A program made the position numbers and the translations under genes. Under the pieces are notes generated by a model. That model did not search any database, was not told the DNA's origin, and saw nothing but the letters and a program-made list of their open reading frames with translations. 64,000 bases of DNA from Tetramitus jugosus. Taxonomy: Eukaryota; Protista; Heterolobosea. This document shows positions 10,266 through 20,189 of the stretch, piece after piece (position 1 is the first letter of the stretch; every line of letters starts with the position of its first letter). The stretch lies in assembly GCA_937625935.1 (NCBI GenBank), contig OW569371.1, forward strand, positions 1 through 64,000, given 5' to 3'.

Positions 10266-11273
10266 ATGAGCACATACTTTTATTCAACACATCAGTCACA
10301 GATACCCAAAGATGATGAAGGTTATGTCAAATCATTTTCATTGGACCAACCAGAACAATATTTGCAGTTCTTCCATCAGTATGGCGTTGTTGTGATCCAC
10401 AACATCGTGAGTGACGATGAATGTGATCGAACAGCAGAAGAAGTTTGGACACTGCTGATCAAGGATGGCATCAAGAAGGATGATTCAACTACTTGGGAGA
10501 ACTGGCCATGGGGAGCTCACTTGGGAATCCTTGGAAACGATTTCATTATGAGTAAGCAAGCTTGTGAAAACAGACAGCATCCAAATGTGCACCAACTGTT
10601 CACCAAACTCTTTGATACTGAGAAATTAATAGTGTCGTTAGATCGAGTGGGTATGATGAGACCTACCGTTGATCATCCAGAATGGAAATCCATTACAGGT
10701 TGGTTGCATTGGGATGCTAATCCATGGACCGGACGAACATCATTGTATGGATGGGGTGGTAACTTTCCATTTTCGCCTCATCATCCAAGTAATCCTTCTG
10801 AACAGGTTGAGAACAATTGTCACAAACAATTAAAAGTACAGGGTATTCTTGCATTGTATGACTGCAGTGAGAGAGAAGGAGGTTTGCATGGTGTTCCTGG
10901 TTTTCATCATGACATGGAAAAGTGGGCACAGAATCACATTGATCTGAAGGATGAGAGCTGCTATCCTAATGTTTTCGATGAGACAACTGTACAGGTGCCT
11001 GACAATGATCCCTTGAGACAATTCATTACTCCACTCCCGATCAGGAAAGGCAGTTTGTTGGTATGGGACTCAAGAATCCCCCATGGCACTCATCCAAACA
11101 ATAGTGACAAGTTCCGATTGATTCAGTACATTAAGATGGCACCAACAACAGATTTATCAATTGTGCCAGCCATGAAGATGAAAGGCATTTTCCCAAAGGA
11201 GTGGCTCAACATGCCACACGATTTTGAATTGACAGATGTGGGTGCAAAATTGTATGGCGTTCAACCTTGGTAG
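10266..11273 (+). CDS. Phytanoyl-CoA dioxygenase (PhyH)-like 2OG-Fe(II) oxygenase
   Basis: FFHQYGVVVIHN entry motif, HxD (WLHWD), VQGILAL..GGLHGVPG, distal His in WDSRIPHGT and the 2OG-binding Arg in RLIQY. Confidence 0.85.
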   Translation: MSTYFYSTHQSQIPKDDEGYVKSFSLDQPEQYLQFFHQYGVVVIHNIVSDDECDRTAEEVWTLLIKDGIKKDDSTTWENWPWGAHLGILGNDFIMSKQACENRQHPNVHQLFTKLFDTEKLIVSLDRVGMMRPTVDHPEWKSITGWLHWDANPWTGRTSLYGWGGNFPFSPHHPSNPSEQVENNCHKQLKVQGILALYDCSEREGGLHGVPGFHHDMEKWAQNHIDLKDESCYPNVFDETTVQVPDNDPLRQFITPLPIRKGSLLVWDSRIPHGTHPNNSDKFRLIQYIKMAPTTDLSIVPAMKMKGIFPKEWLNMPHDFELTDVGAKLYGVQPW

Positions 11274-11399
11274 GACCTCATGAATTGTTGGATAAACAAT
11301 TGAACTGAGCTTTATTTGAATGTAGACAACCATGAATGACTCGTTTTCAGAATAAAACAAATCGTTTTCCTTGTGCACTGTTCCGTGTGAGTTGTGTTG

Positions 11400-12506
11400 T
11401 CGTGCTAAAAGTGTCACAAATGAGTTTCTGGTGGTCCGCTGCAGCAGGTTTGACGCTAATATCTTATAGATGAGTTTTCCATTAATTATTAATTGTGGAT
11501 CACCAGCACCAGATGTTCCGTAATTGTAAAGTTTGTAAAGCTTGATTTCTCCATGGCTGTTCGCAACCACTAAAGTTCTTTAAGCTCTCAAGTTTCTCCC
11601 ATGGTTCAAAATGCTTATCATAGACTAAATAATATGCAGTGTTGCTCCTATCCATATCTATCTCCAAACAAAAGAATAACAACAATTCAGAATTAAATCT
11701 AGATGATCTGGAACTGCTCTTGTGTAGATCGTCCCTTTCAAACTCAAATGCACTGGACGTTGCATACGTAACATTGAAGTTGGTAGAGAGTCTTCTTTGA
11801 ACACTAGAAAGCTTAGAAATCAGAAAGATGTCGCATCGTAATGGATCATCGAGTGGTAGTGGTATCTTGGAAATCTCAGCGCTGATAGTTGCTCTATAGC
11901 TTGATTTGTTAGGGTCAGGAAAGACTTTTTGGCCAAAACTAGCGGTACTGGTGATGAAAAGTGGGTGAAGGGTTTCATTAGTTTCAACTATGTATTTATC
12001 GGAAGCATATTATACTTCTGGGTCCCTGTATTCATCGTTGCTTTTGTAAACCAAAATAAGCAATGGCTATTTCTTGGAAGGTACACTTGATTCAGAATAT
12101 GCTGGTCAAACATAACTCAGTAGATCTTCGATCCGAGTCTGATCAGAAGTGCAACAAAACTCAATATTGCAATTTCGATCCGAAAAATGTTGCTTGTGCC
12201 TCTGTTGCCACTGCCTGCACCGCAGTACATAGCAGACTAATCCCATATGCAGGCCAATAACTATTTGAAAGTCCTCCCATCCAACGCTAGTTGACTCTGT
12301 AATGTACTCGCCGTGGTATGATGAATTGCGGGGTTACAAGGATCCAACGTTGTTCCATGCAACTTCTTGCTTGCTTCGCTGCACTGTTTACCACAACTCG
12401 TGCAAAGAAATTTTCTTTGACAATCAAAGGCATTGTATCTTTTTCCTGTTATGTGCTTGTTAAAGTTTGTTGGCACTTGTTGTTGTCTCTTGCGGTGTTT
12501 TGGCAT
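11400..12506 (-). pseudogene. Decayed gene fragments of unknown function
   Basis: An open frame of about 170 codons runs 12009-11500 after a TAA at 12010-12012, with a frameshifted continuation from ~11570. An upstream CxxC-containing ORF lies at 12261-12506. Confidence 0.35.
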
Positions 12507-12917
12507 TTTTTACGATTTTCACTATTCCAAAAATAAGTGTACTAAACGTTGTACTAGGAATTTGAAATATCCAAGGAAACTCTCAAGTTTCGTCGAGACA
12601 GAAAGAAACATAGAACATGCACTCACCAATAAGAATGTGCGAAATACCTTCATTCCACTCAACTCATATGCCACCAACAACACAATTTTCTAGGTCGGTA
12701 CAAAACACAGCTGAGCACTCAACTAGCAAGCGCATTAAGTCCTCACCTAAGTCAGATCCTCGCAGCTTGACAACAATGGAGCAAATCAACAAGGATGTGG
12801 AAAGAATAATGAACGACGAAAAGATCAACAAAGAGTTCCAAGAGAAGTTCAGAAAGCATAATGACTCTGCTAATCCTCATGATTATTGATCTAAATTGTA
12901 AATAATACCTGTTTTAT

Positions 12918-13364
12918 TCAAGCAAGCAATAACATCATCAAGTCATCCTTAATAGCAGTTCTGTATTCAATTTCATCAATCACATCAACGAATTGGAAAA
13001 ACCCATCATCCGCACTCAAGAGAGTTACCTGAGGCGTTCTCGCAAATGTTTGCTTTGTGCAGCAATTCGCATGTGTGACAACAACTTGCTCTTTTGGTCT
13101 ACCACCACTCTTTCGGACAACAGTAAATCCATCATCAACTTGATCTTCAATTGAACTGGTTTTTGTTTCTTTCCATAATGGAACTCCAGTAGGGCGATGT
13201 TTCTTACTGGTCATTGGAACCACCAGATAATATTTTCTTGAATCAATGTCCACTTCACCAATGACCACACCTTTGTGCTCCTTGTACATATTGTTTTCTT
13301 CAATGTTCGTAAACTCTGGGAAAATCCCTTGAAAATCGCAGTACCATATCTCAAAACGTTTCAC
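12918..13364 (-). CDS. MazF/PemK-like endoribonuclease domain
   Basis: VKRFEIWYCDF..PE...EHKGVVI...YLVVPMTSK...QTFARTPQVTLLS...FVDVIDEIEYRTAIKDDL maps motif by motif onto MazF/PemK (KRG.IW.VDF, RP.VV, VVPLTS, S.A..DQIRT, C-terminal helix). The only start is GTG, so it may be the frameshifted continuation of 13361-13531. Confidence 0.7.
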   Translation of the reverse strand: MKRFEIWYCDFQGIFPEFTNIEENNMYKEHKGVVIGEVDIDSRKYYLVVPMTSKKHRPTGVPLWKETKTSSIEDQVDDGFTVVRKSGGRPKEQVVVTHANCCTKQTFARTPQVTLLSADDGFFQFVDVIDEIEYRTAIKDDLMMLLLA

Positions 13365-13531
13365 CCAGCTGGGTCATACAAGTATTTCAAACGCTCTTTA
13401 AGTTGAGTTTCACTGAGTCGAGTAGTTTCGTTGGTTTCCCTAAACCCATCACGTGTAGAACAACAGGTAACGAATTCTGGACCATCAATAGGTGACACAA
13501 GCACCAATCCATTCTCAATTCGGTAAAACAT
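13361..13531 (-). CDS. 56-aa ORF overlapping the MazF-like ORF (GTGA overlap); N-terminus of a frameshifted gene or a separate small ORF
   Basis: Manual translation gives MFYRIENGLVLVSPIDGPEFVTCCSTRDGFRETNETTRLSETQLKERLKYLYDPAG*. Its TGA (13363-13361) overlaps the GTG at 13364. Confidence 0.45.
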   Translation of the reverse strand: MFYRIENGLVLVSPIDGPEFVTCCSTRDGFRETNETTRLSETQLKERLKYLYDPAG

Positions 13532-13737
13532 TTACAGAAAGCAGAAGTCGCCTTCAAAAGCATACCTCTGGACCCACCGATAATCCAAAGGAGGATGAGG
13601 TAACCATCGATATTTAACTATCCTCGTAAAACAAAACTGTAGGTCACCGTTTGTAAATTCGTTATTACAAAAGCAGACTGTTCTTAACAAACATTCTCAC
13701 AACAAACGAATGAACAACTAATCCAAGATCACCAACA

Positions 13738-14289
13738 ATGCCAATCTACTAGGTATTCAGAATATTCAGACTCTCCTCACAACTAAGAAGTGTGCAAATT
13801 GTTCCAAGTCTGGTACATTGTATCATTGTCACCTTCCACAGATGCAGCTACTGTGAATGCGAAGTGTATTGTTCCAAGGAATGCGAGATAAATCACTTAG
13901 ACGTTCACAAGGAAGTATGTAGTAGTCTCACAGATTCCAGAGCAGCAATAAAGTATCTGATGCACATCGAGATCATGGTCAGAAACAAGAACAACAGCAT
14001 CATCAGTTTTGATCACTCCCTGCTCAAGAAGTTCTATGGGTTCCCTGCCTTGCTGAACCACTACTACACTGATCAATATGAAACGATAGGGGACATCATC
14101 ACTACAAGATTGAGATATGAACAAAACACACAAAACTGTAAAGATCAGTTGGACATTTTTTCAATGGAAGAGCCCTATATAACATTTTCTCATTTGCAAA
14201 ATGTCACAAAGGAAGTTACTGTTCTAGATACACCACGACTTTACAGGAAATGTTGTTTTCGGCGCGAAAGAAGAAGACAGGTGAAGTAG
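13738..14289 (+). pseudogene. MYND zinc-finger protein, frameshifted
   Basis: KKCANCSKSG in one frame (~13785-13815) joins HRCSYCECEVYCSKECEINHLDVHKEVC in another. Together they give the full MYND pattern. There is an in-frame TAG after ATG 13738. Confidence 0.6.
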
Positions 14290-14375
14290 CTGCTTTCCTT
14301 TTTGTTCTGTATTGTTTTGTTGCCATTCAATTGTCCACGAGATGATTTATATCAGATAGAATACAATCGACATGA

Positions 14376-15050
14376 TCATGAAATAGATGTAGTTGTTGCA
14401 CTAGATTCAGCAACAGATCCAGAGTCACTTGTTGGGATGGTCTTGAGTGTAACACCAATAGCCTTGAGATCGGAAATCAGAGTATTTGACAGACCATTTA
14501 ACAATGAAGCACATAGTCTTCTAACACAATGTTGTTCATCAAATATAGCTGTATATGATTGTCTGATGGTCAATCCACACTTATTCCAAGCACAATTTGC
14601 CAGACTGCTTAATTTCTCTGTGTGTACGTATGTGACACCATCTAATAATGCAAATGACTTCTCTGGTTCGTGTGTCTCATCAGGAACACAGAATCCAGTG
14701 TCTGCTAAAACTGCATGCATTATATTCACAGTACGTGCCAGTCACACAGTCATTATGTGACTCACAATGAGCACGAATAACCCCTCTTGCTCTGCACGTT
14801 CCCAAAACACAATTAGTCCCATCTACACATTGTTCAGTAGAGTCACAAGACGTTCCTGTTGACTTCTTTGGCTTGCAGGTGGTATCACAATATTGGTTCG
14901 TACTGCATTCTGAATGTCCATAGCACACCTCGTTTTCTGATCTAATTTGTTCGCATATGTTCTTGTCACTATAGCAAGCACCTCTTCCACATTGAGCCTG
15001 TTTAGTGCATGTATCACTCAAACATCTGTTAATACACTGACATGCCTGAT
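14376..15050 (-). pseudogene. Cysteine-rich repeat (Dickkopf/EB-like) extracellular protein, frameshifted
   Basis: Repeated C-x5-C-x5-C units in 14680-15021 continue in a second frame (14376-14729) into a Ser/Thr-rich tail. There is no ATG start or signal peptide. Confidence 0.5.
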
Positions 15051-15280
15051 GATATAGTGGAAGTAGTAGGATCCTTTGATACTAGGATATCTGTATTTGA
15101 ATAGAATGCCAAAGGCTTTGCAGCACTTTTTGAGAAATTCCATATCGCGTCGTTTCAATGTCTCAGAATCAGCCTCAAGATATACAAGGTGGATATATCT
15201 ATTCAGTTTCGGAAAATGTGAAAAGCAGTAACGGTAATCTGATAGGCAGTAAATCTTAATTGCAGTAGGAAAAATTCTGA
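15018..15280 (-). mobile_element. RAG1/Transib-like transposase remnant, C-terminal part (H-x4-H zinc motif)
   Basis: A frame absent from the ORF track reads EFLKKCCKAFGILFKYRYPSIKGSYYFHYIIRHVSVLTDV*. Vertebrate RAG1, recalled from memory, reads [32 protein letters not shown]. The His pair is at 15059-15042. Confidence 0.55.
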
Positions 15281-15282
15281 AA

Positions 15283-16594
15283 ATGAAACGAACACAAACC
15301 TCTCCTGTATCATCAGGTCACACAAAACAAAAGTATAGACGCAGAAGAAAAGTGGAAAGAAAGAATGATCAAAGCATTATGATTAATTTAACTCTTCAAG
15401 AGTTACATGAGAAGAAACTTGTGTATTTGAAACAACTTTGCCAAGAAAGAAGTATCCAAAAGAAATCAAATAAAAAAATTGTTTTAATTGCCCATCTATT
15501 ACCATATATCACTGACTTGACTGGTATTGATTCTCTAGATGATCACGAGATTGTCATAATATGTTCGACTTTGAACATAAAATATATTTCATCAATACAA
15601 GAGAGGAGAGAAATTCTAAAGAAGGTTGTAGCAACTACTGTTCCTAATATGAACAGTTATGATAATGTGAGAATCATTGAACAGAAAATATCACCCATCG
15701 TCACGGGTAACATAAATGAAGAGTCAAATGTAAACAAGGACGTTTCGTCAATTATAGTTCATAGCGAGAAGATTACACCAAAGACTCTTGTATTTGAAGA
15801 AGAATATACATACTTCGATGACAAAAGCACTCCAGACATGAAAACTCTCACACAATTGAACACCAGTGACTTAGAACGAATCAAGAAAAAACCTCATAAC
15901 CCATGCAGTAGAGCTGGAGCTTGAATTAATTGCACCAAAAACCTCAACTGAAATTGAAGAAGTGTTTGAGAAGAAAGATACGCGAACATGGGGGGAAAAA
16001 CGTTTGGAGAGGTTGCCAAAAACAACACTTTCTTCTGAACCTATATTAAATCCCAAATGGCAGACAGTACATCGAGGTGGTATTAAAACATTGGATGAGT
16101 TTAGAAGGACTTTCCCATTCACACAAGGATCTTTCAAAAGCAATGAAGCAATGGTGTCAAAAGAAATATCCACGTGGAACTTCATTCTTAAAATCAAGCC
16201 TTATGTGTTAAAGGGAAATGGTTAAACCCGCTACTCACAGGCATCTGGGAATATAAACTACCAGACAATCATGGAAGAGCAAAAGTTGCAATGTATGAAA
16301 TCTTCAACTGTACTAACGTTCTTTGTCACAATAGTCAAAAGAAATGTTCAGCCCAGTGGATGTGGCAAAAGCTCTATGATTCTGAAGAAGATCATTTTGA
16401 TACATTGTAAAGGCCAGCATGGAGAGAATTGGATTTCAACAACTATCTTCTCCCGAGGACTAACAGTATCTCAAAAACACTTAGTACAAGTTCAACACAA
16501 TCAATTTGGAGTTTCAGCAAGCAAAATAGCAAATAGGACAGGCTTGGATTCCAAACTTGTGCATAATTTCATTGTCTTGCTTTCTCGATTGTAG
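15283..16594 (+). pseudogene. Frameshifted gene with tandem SAP/HEH-like motifs and a MULE-like zinc/HTH region
   Basis: LHEKKLVYLKQLCQERSIQKKSNKKIVLIAHL is SAP-like. The frameshifted continuation IFNCTNVLCHNSQKKCSAQWMWQK../ILIHCKGQH..LTVSQKHLV..GVSASKIA..VHNF resembles the WRKY/FAR1-like zinc plus HTH N-terminus of Mutator transposases. No DDE core is seen. Confidence 0.35.
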
Positions 16595-16630
16595 AAGGTT
16601 TATTTATTCATTAAGAGATATCAACTACAT

Positions 16631-17086
16631 ATGAATGATGAATCATCTTCTAGAAACATGCCTGGACGATCAAAAAAGGTATCAAACACGACAAGAAAGT
16701 TTGGAAGACCTTCCACTGACAAGCGTTTGACTACCTTAACCAACCGCACGTTCACTATTATAGATCCCAGTGACATTGACCGAATTATTGGAGTCTCCCG
16801 AGAACTGAACCGTACTATGTACAAAGTAGAATGGTCTGATGAATCCCGAGATCAGTGGATTGATTGTCTCGATATGACGAGTGCCCAGTATATGGCTCAT
16901 CAGTATTTGAAATATTTGGATGACTTTTTGGATGAATATGAAGAAGTTACGATGACGAAGTTGAACATCACTTCCGTTATAAAACAAAAAGGGAAATATC
17001 TTGTAGGAAACAACGGGGACTATGAGGAATTATCCACTGAGAATGCAATGGCTACTCGTATATTCCTAAATTTTTTCGATTTCTAA
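16631..17086 (+). CDS. Chromodomain-containing protein or fragment
   Basis: IDRIIGVSRELNRTMYKVEWSDESRDQWIDCLDMTSAQYMAHQYL fits the chromodomain pattern (V/IE.I......Y.V.W......W....l). Confidence 0.6.
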   Translation: MNDESSSRNMPGRSKKVSNTTRKFGRPSTDKRLTTLTNRTFTIIDPSDIDRIIGVSRELNRTMYKVEWSDESRDQWIDCLDMTSAQYMAHQYLKYLDDFLDEYEEVTMTKLNITSVIKQKGKYLVGNNGDYEELSTENAMATRIFLNFFDF

Positions 17087-18452
17087 ATCTACTGCTGCTT
17101 TTCAGTTCAATTTTACTGCTCTTAATATTTACTGCTTTTCCGAATTTCTCTGCTGCTTTTAAGTTCCCTGCATTCAGTTTCATCAACAGCATCTGGACAA
17201 CATCAGCAATATCTCTAAAAGTATGCTCTTGGTTCATCATCATCTCAGTGACATGTTGGAAATGATTTTTGAATTCATTCTATCCCTCATCTCCTTACTA
17301 CTATGCATGAATCTCTTGATTGTACTGCAAACACTTTACAATTAAGGAGAGTCAAAGTGAAAACTACTATACCTTTGGATCCATCAACAGAAGCCTTAAT
17401 TTGAAGTTTCTGCAAATGCTCTAAGTTTGGATATTCATTCTCTTCAATCTCTAGAAGTGATTTCACAATTTCAACAGGATCAACAGAATAACCAATACCA
17501 GAACCAGGTTTTGTTGCTTTCTTCCCTCTGGCAGATGTTGAACGTTTTGGAGTTGGTTTTGGTGGTGTTAAATCAGTTCTTTCAGTCAGATTTGCAAATC
17601 GATTATGATTGTTGCGAGTATTTTCATGGCAGTATTAGCAGCATTGGAAGAATTATTACTTGTCAATTGTTCAGTACTAGATTGATCATTACCAGTAGAA
17701 TTGTTGTTAGAAGCATTAGACATCATTACTTCATCAGAAGGAGTATCACTCATAGTATCTGCACTAGTATTAGAATGAATAGAATTTTCATTGCCTATAT
17801 CAGAAGTGCTAGTATCACTAGTTGCATTAGATTCGCTAGTTCATGAAGTAGTAATTACAGCAGGAGTTGTATAAGTTACTTGCAAGTTGAACTGAACTTG
17901 AACTTTCTTATTGATTTGTTGTCGTCGTTTGTCAAGAGTATTGCTGTGCTTGAGAACATGTACAAAATTGAAATATGTTCTAATAGCTTGAAATTAGCTG
18001 AGACTGATTAGATACCAGTCGAGGAAAAAGAGAGAATTATCTGTATCTAGATTTCTCAAAGTTGAAGCATCTACATGATCCTTGGTGAATTTACGAATCT
18101 CTAATAATTTGGTTTTGCATTTCATTATATGAGTGAGAATTTGATATAGTTCATCCATATTGTTCTTGAAATAATATGCTAGTAATTGAATTTTACCAGG
18201 AACTTTTGGTGAATTATCATTTGCTGATTTGTCATCTGCTGGTTTGTCATTTGTTGAATTGGTTGATTTGTCAGTGTTATCATCATTTTCAGGAGGAGGA
18301 CCATCATATACAACAGATGAAATGAGTGTATTCATAATTCCACCAATCATCACGGTAAGGTTTTTTGGGTTTAAATCCGACAATCCTGAGCGTTGTAACA
18401 AAGCAAAAAAAGATGATAATGAATGGCCAACAGCGCTGCCGTTGGTCAACAT
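17052..18452 (-). mobile_element. RAG1/Transib-like transposase remnant, N-terminal/core part
   Basis: Reading through stops and frameshifts gives LFFLDWYLISLS*FQAIR..LDKRRQQIN, an S/T-rich spacer, GYSVDPVEIVKSLLE..LQIKASVDGSKGIVVFTLTLLN..QSRDS (K-x-S-x-D-G like RAG1 KESCDG; Asp at 17385-17383), then HTFRDIADVVQMLL (LH..R-like). Confidence 0.5.
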
Positions 18453-18468
18453 TTAACAACAAACAAGC

Positions 18469-18990
18469 ATGCCATCACGTGTGAGACAAGCTCCAGCCTA
18501 TTTGGCTGACTATGAGTTAACAGTAGATTTCAGAAGACGTGAATACAGAAGTGGTCCAGTATCTGAAGGAGGAAGGAGGCTTGCAGACAGCAATGATGAT
18601 GCCCGTAAAGGAAGACTGAGCAAATCGAGGAAGGAAATGATTAAGAGTACGGTGTTGCAGTCAATTAGAAAGCGTATGACTGCAAAGAAGCCAATCAGAG
18701 AGTTCAAACGGTTTAGCACTGTTAATTGTCTGGAACGATCCGAGTACAATACATTTGTAAGAGGTACATTGGAGTATTCGTTTGGAAAACAGAACCCTCG
18801 AAACATTGTTCAGAACTCTATCCGTGCCATCATGTCTCTGAAGAAGTTTACGGATGTATTTGGAGATAAAGCAACAAGATCTATTGCGAGAACTGGCATG
18901 AAATGCTGTTTGACATATCCAGTAGTCCTGATGTATAACCAGAAGGACAAGTCAATGTACGTTCAAATGAAATATGAGATAAGAGACTGA
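18469..18990 (+). CDS. Hypothetical basic protein
   Basis: Intact 173-aa ORF with a host-like A/C-rich start context (ACAAACAAGC-ATG) and an N-terminal RxRxxPxYLxDY motif; no recognisable domain. Confidence 0.55.
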   Translation: MPSRVRQAPAYLADYELTVDFRRREYRSGPVSEGGRRLADSNDDARKGRLSKSRKEMIKSTVLQSIRKRMTAKKPIREFKRFSTVNCLERSEYNTFVRGTLEYSFGKQNPRNIVQNSIRAIMSLKKFTDVFGDKATRSIARTGMKCCLTYPVVLMYNQKDKSMYVQMKYEIRD

Positions 18991-19590
18991 GATGGAAAGG
19001 AAATTGATCTGTATGTGATTGGATCTGCCGAGGAAAAGAGAGCTGTGGCTAGCATGCTAAAGGGCAATTCGGCACCAGTTGTTCCAGTACTCGTCGACTG
19101 TCAAGTGACTAGAAGAATATCAGATCAGTGTGAATTTATACCTGTACAATAAGTAAAGGAAGAAGCAAAGCGCTTTCTATGCAAGAGACCATAGATCTGG
19201 TAGTACAACAAGTCACAACCTAGAGCATCATTAAACTTATCATTCGAAATGTCATCTCTCGCTCTCGCTTCGCAGGCTTGTGCTGCAAACAGTCGCCATC
19301 TTTCACACAACATTGTGGTTTTTGAAAATGAAGGAAGAGAGCTATAGTCACGACAATACCAGTTCAATCCAGCTGCTTATATAGTACTTTAATGTGCTGT
19401 TTTTGCTATAATCTGGGTTCACCTTGGTCCAGCTCACCTCATAGGCTTGGGAAATGGAGTTTGACGGGAATTCGTCGACCTATTTTTCGGTTTTAAAACC
19501 AAAAAACCGTCCCGTGTCATGTTACTGAGTTTGTTTCTAGTTGTTGCAGTTTGCTTATCAAATTCCTTTTTGCCTCCTGGTCTATTATTT

Positions 19591-20058
19591 GGTGCAGGTG
19601 CTTCGGAGAGTCAACAACAAAATGATCACTCTGTCTTTCTTCACAGTGACATTTTGTTTCACATGATGCTTTATGTCGATGCTATTGAATTGCTCATGAC
19701 AATTCAATTTGTTTCAAAGCCATTTTACAATGCTGTTCGCAATTTGTTAGACTGGGATACTTTGAGTTATCATCAAGCCAAACTGAGAAGTACTTTTGTG
19801 TTTGATGATGATTCCATGGTTACGATCGGTGAGGAGAATAAGCACAACATGGAGAATAATGCTATTATGCTCGATTCCAGTCTGACATTGAAATATGAAC
19901 AATATGTGAGTCTCAAGAAACAAGCGACTAATTACTGAGCAGCTTCATGTTCACGAGTTGGTGTTCTCCACGGTGGTTCCAATCCCAGAGAGACATTTAT
20001 CAAAGTGTTCAAACTGAGAAAGACAGAGCAAGAGAAAGTTCTTCGATTTTGGTGTCAG
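19591..20058 (+). pseudogene. Partial inverted copy of the F-box-like gene at 7612-8661
   Basis: Near-identical to 7948-8418. It lacks both ends of the gene and has a TGG>TGA nonsense change at 19936-19938. Confidence 0.9.
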
Positions 20059-20189
20059 AAAGTTCTTGAATTGTTTTATGTTCATCCTCGCCGCGAAACT
20101 CTATCTCAAGAAGCTTTCTTAAATCATCTCTGTCCTCGAAACCGTTTGGGTAATCCTCTTTGATTCTTGGTCGTCAAACAAACAAAAAC

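Noticed and set aside
10266-11273. Dioxygenase as a TET/JBP-like DNA modifier associated with the transposon
   Set aside because: The motif layout is PhyH-type, not TET/JBP or AlkB.
14660-14690. Hammerhead ribozyme core (CTGATGA on the minus strand)
   Set aside because: It is followed by GAAC rather than GAAA with no stem II, and it lies within a coding remnant.
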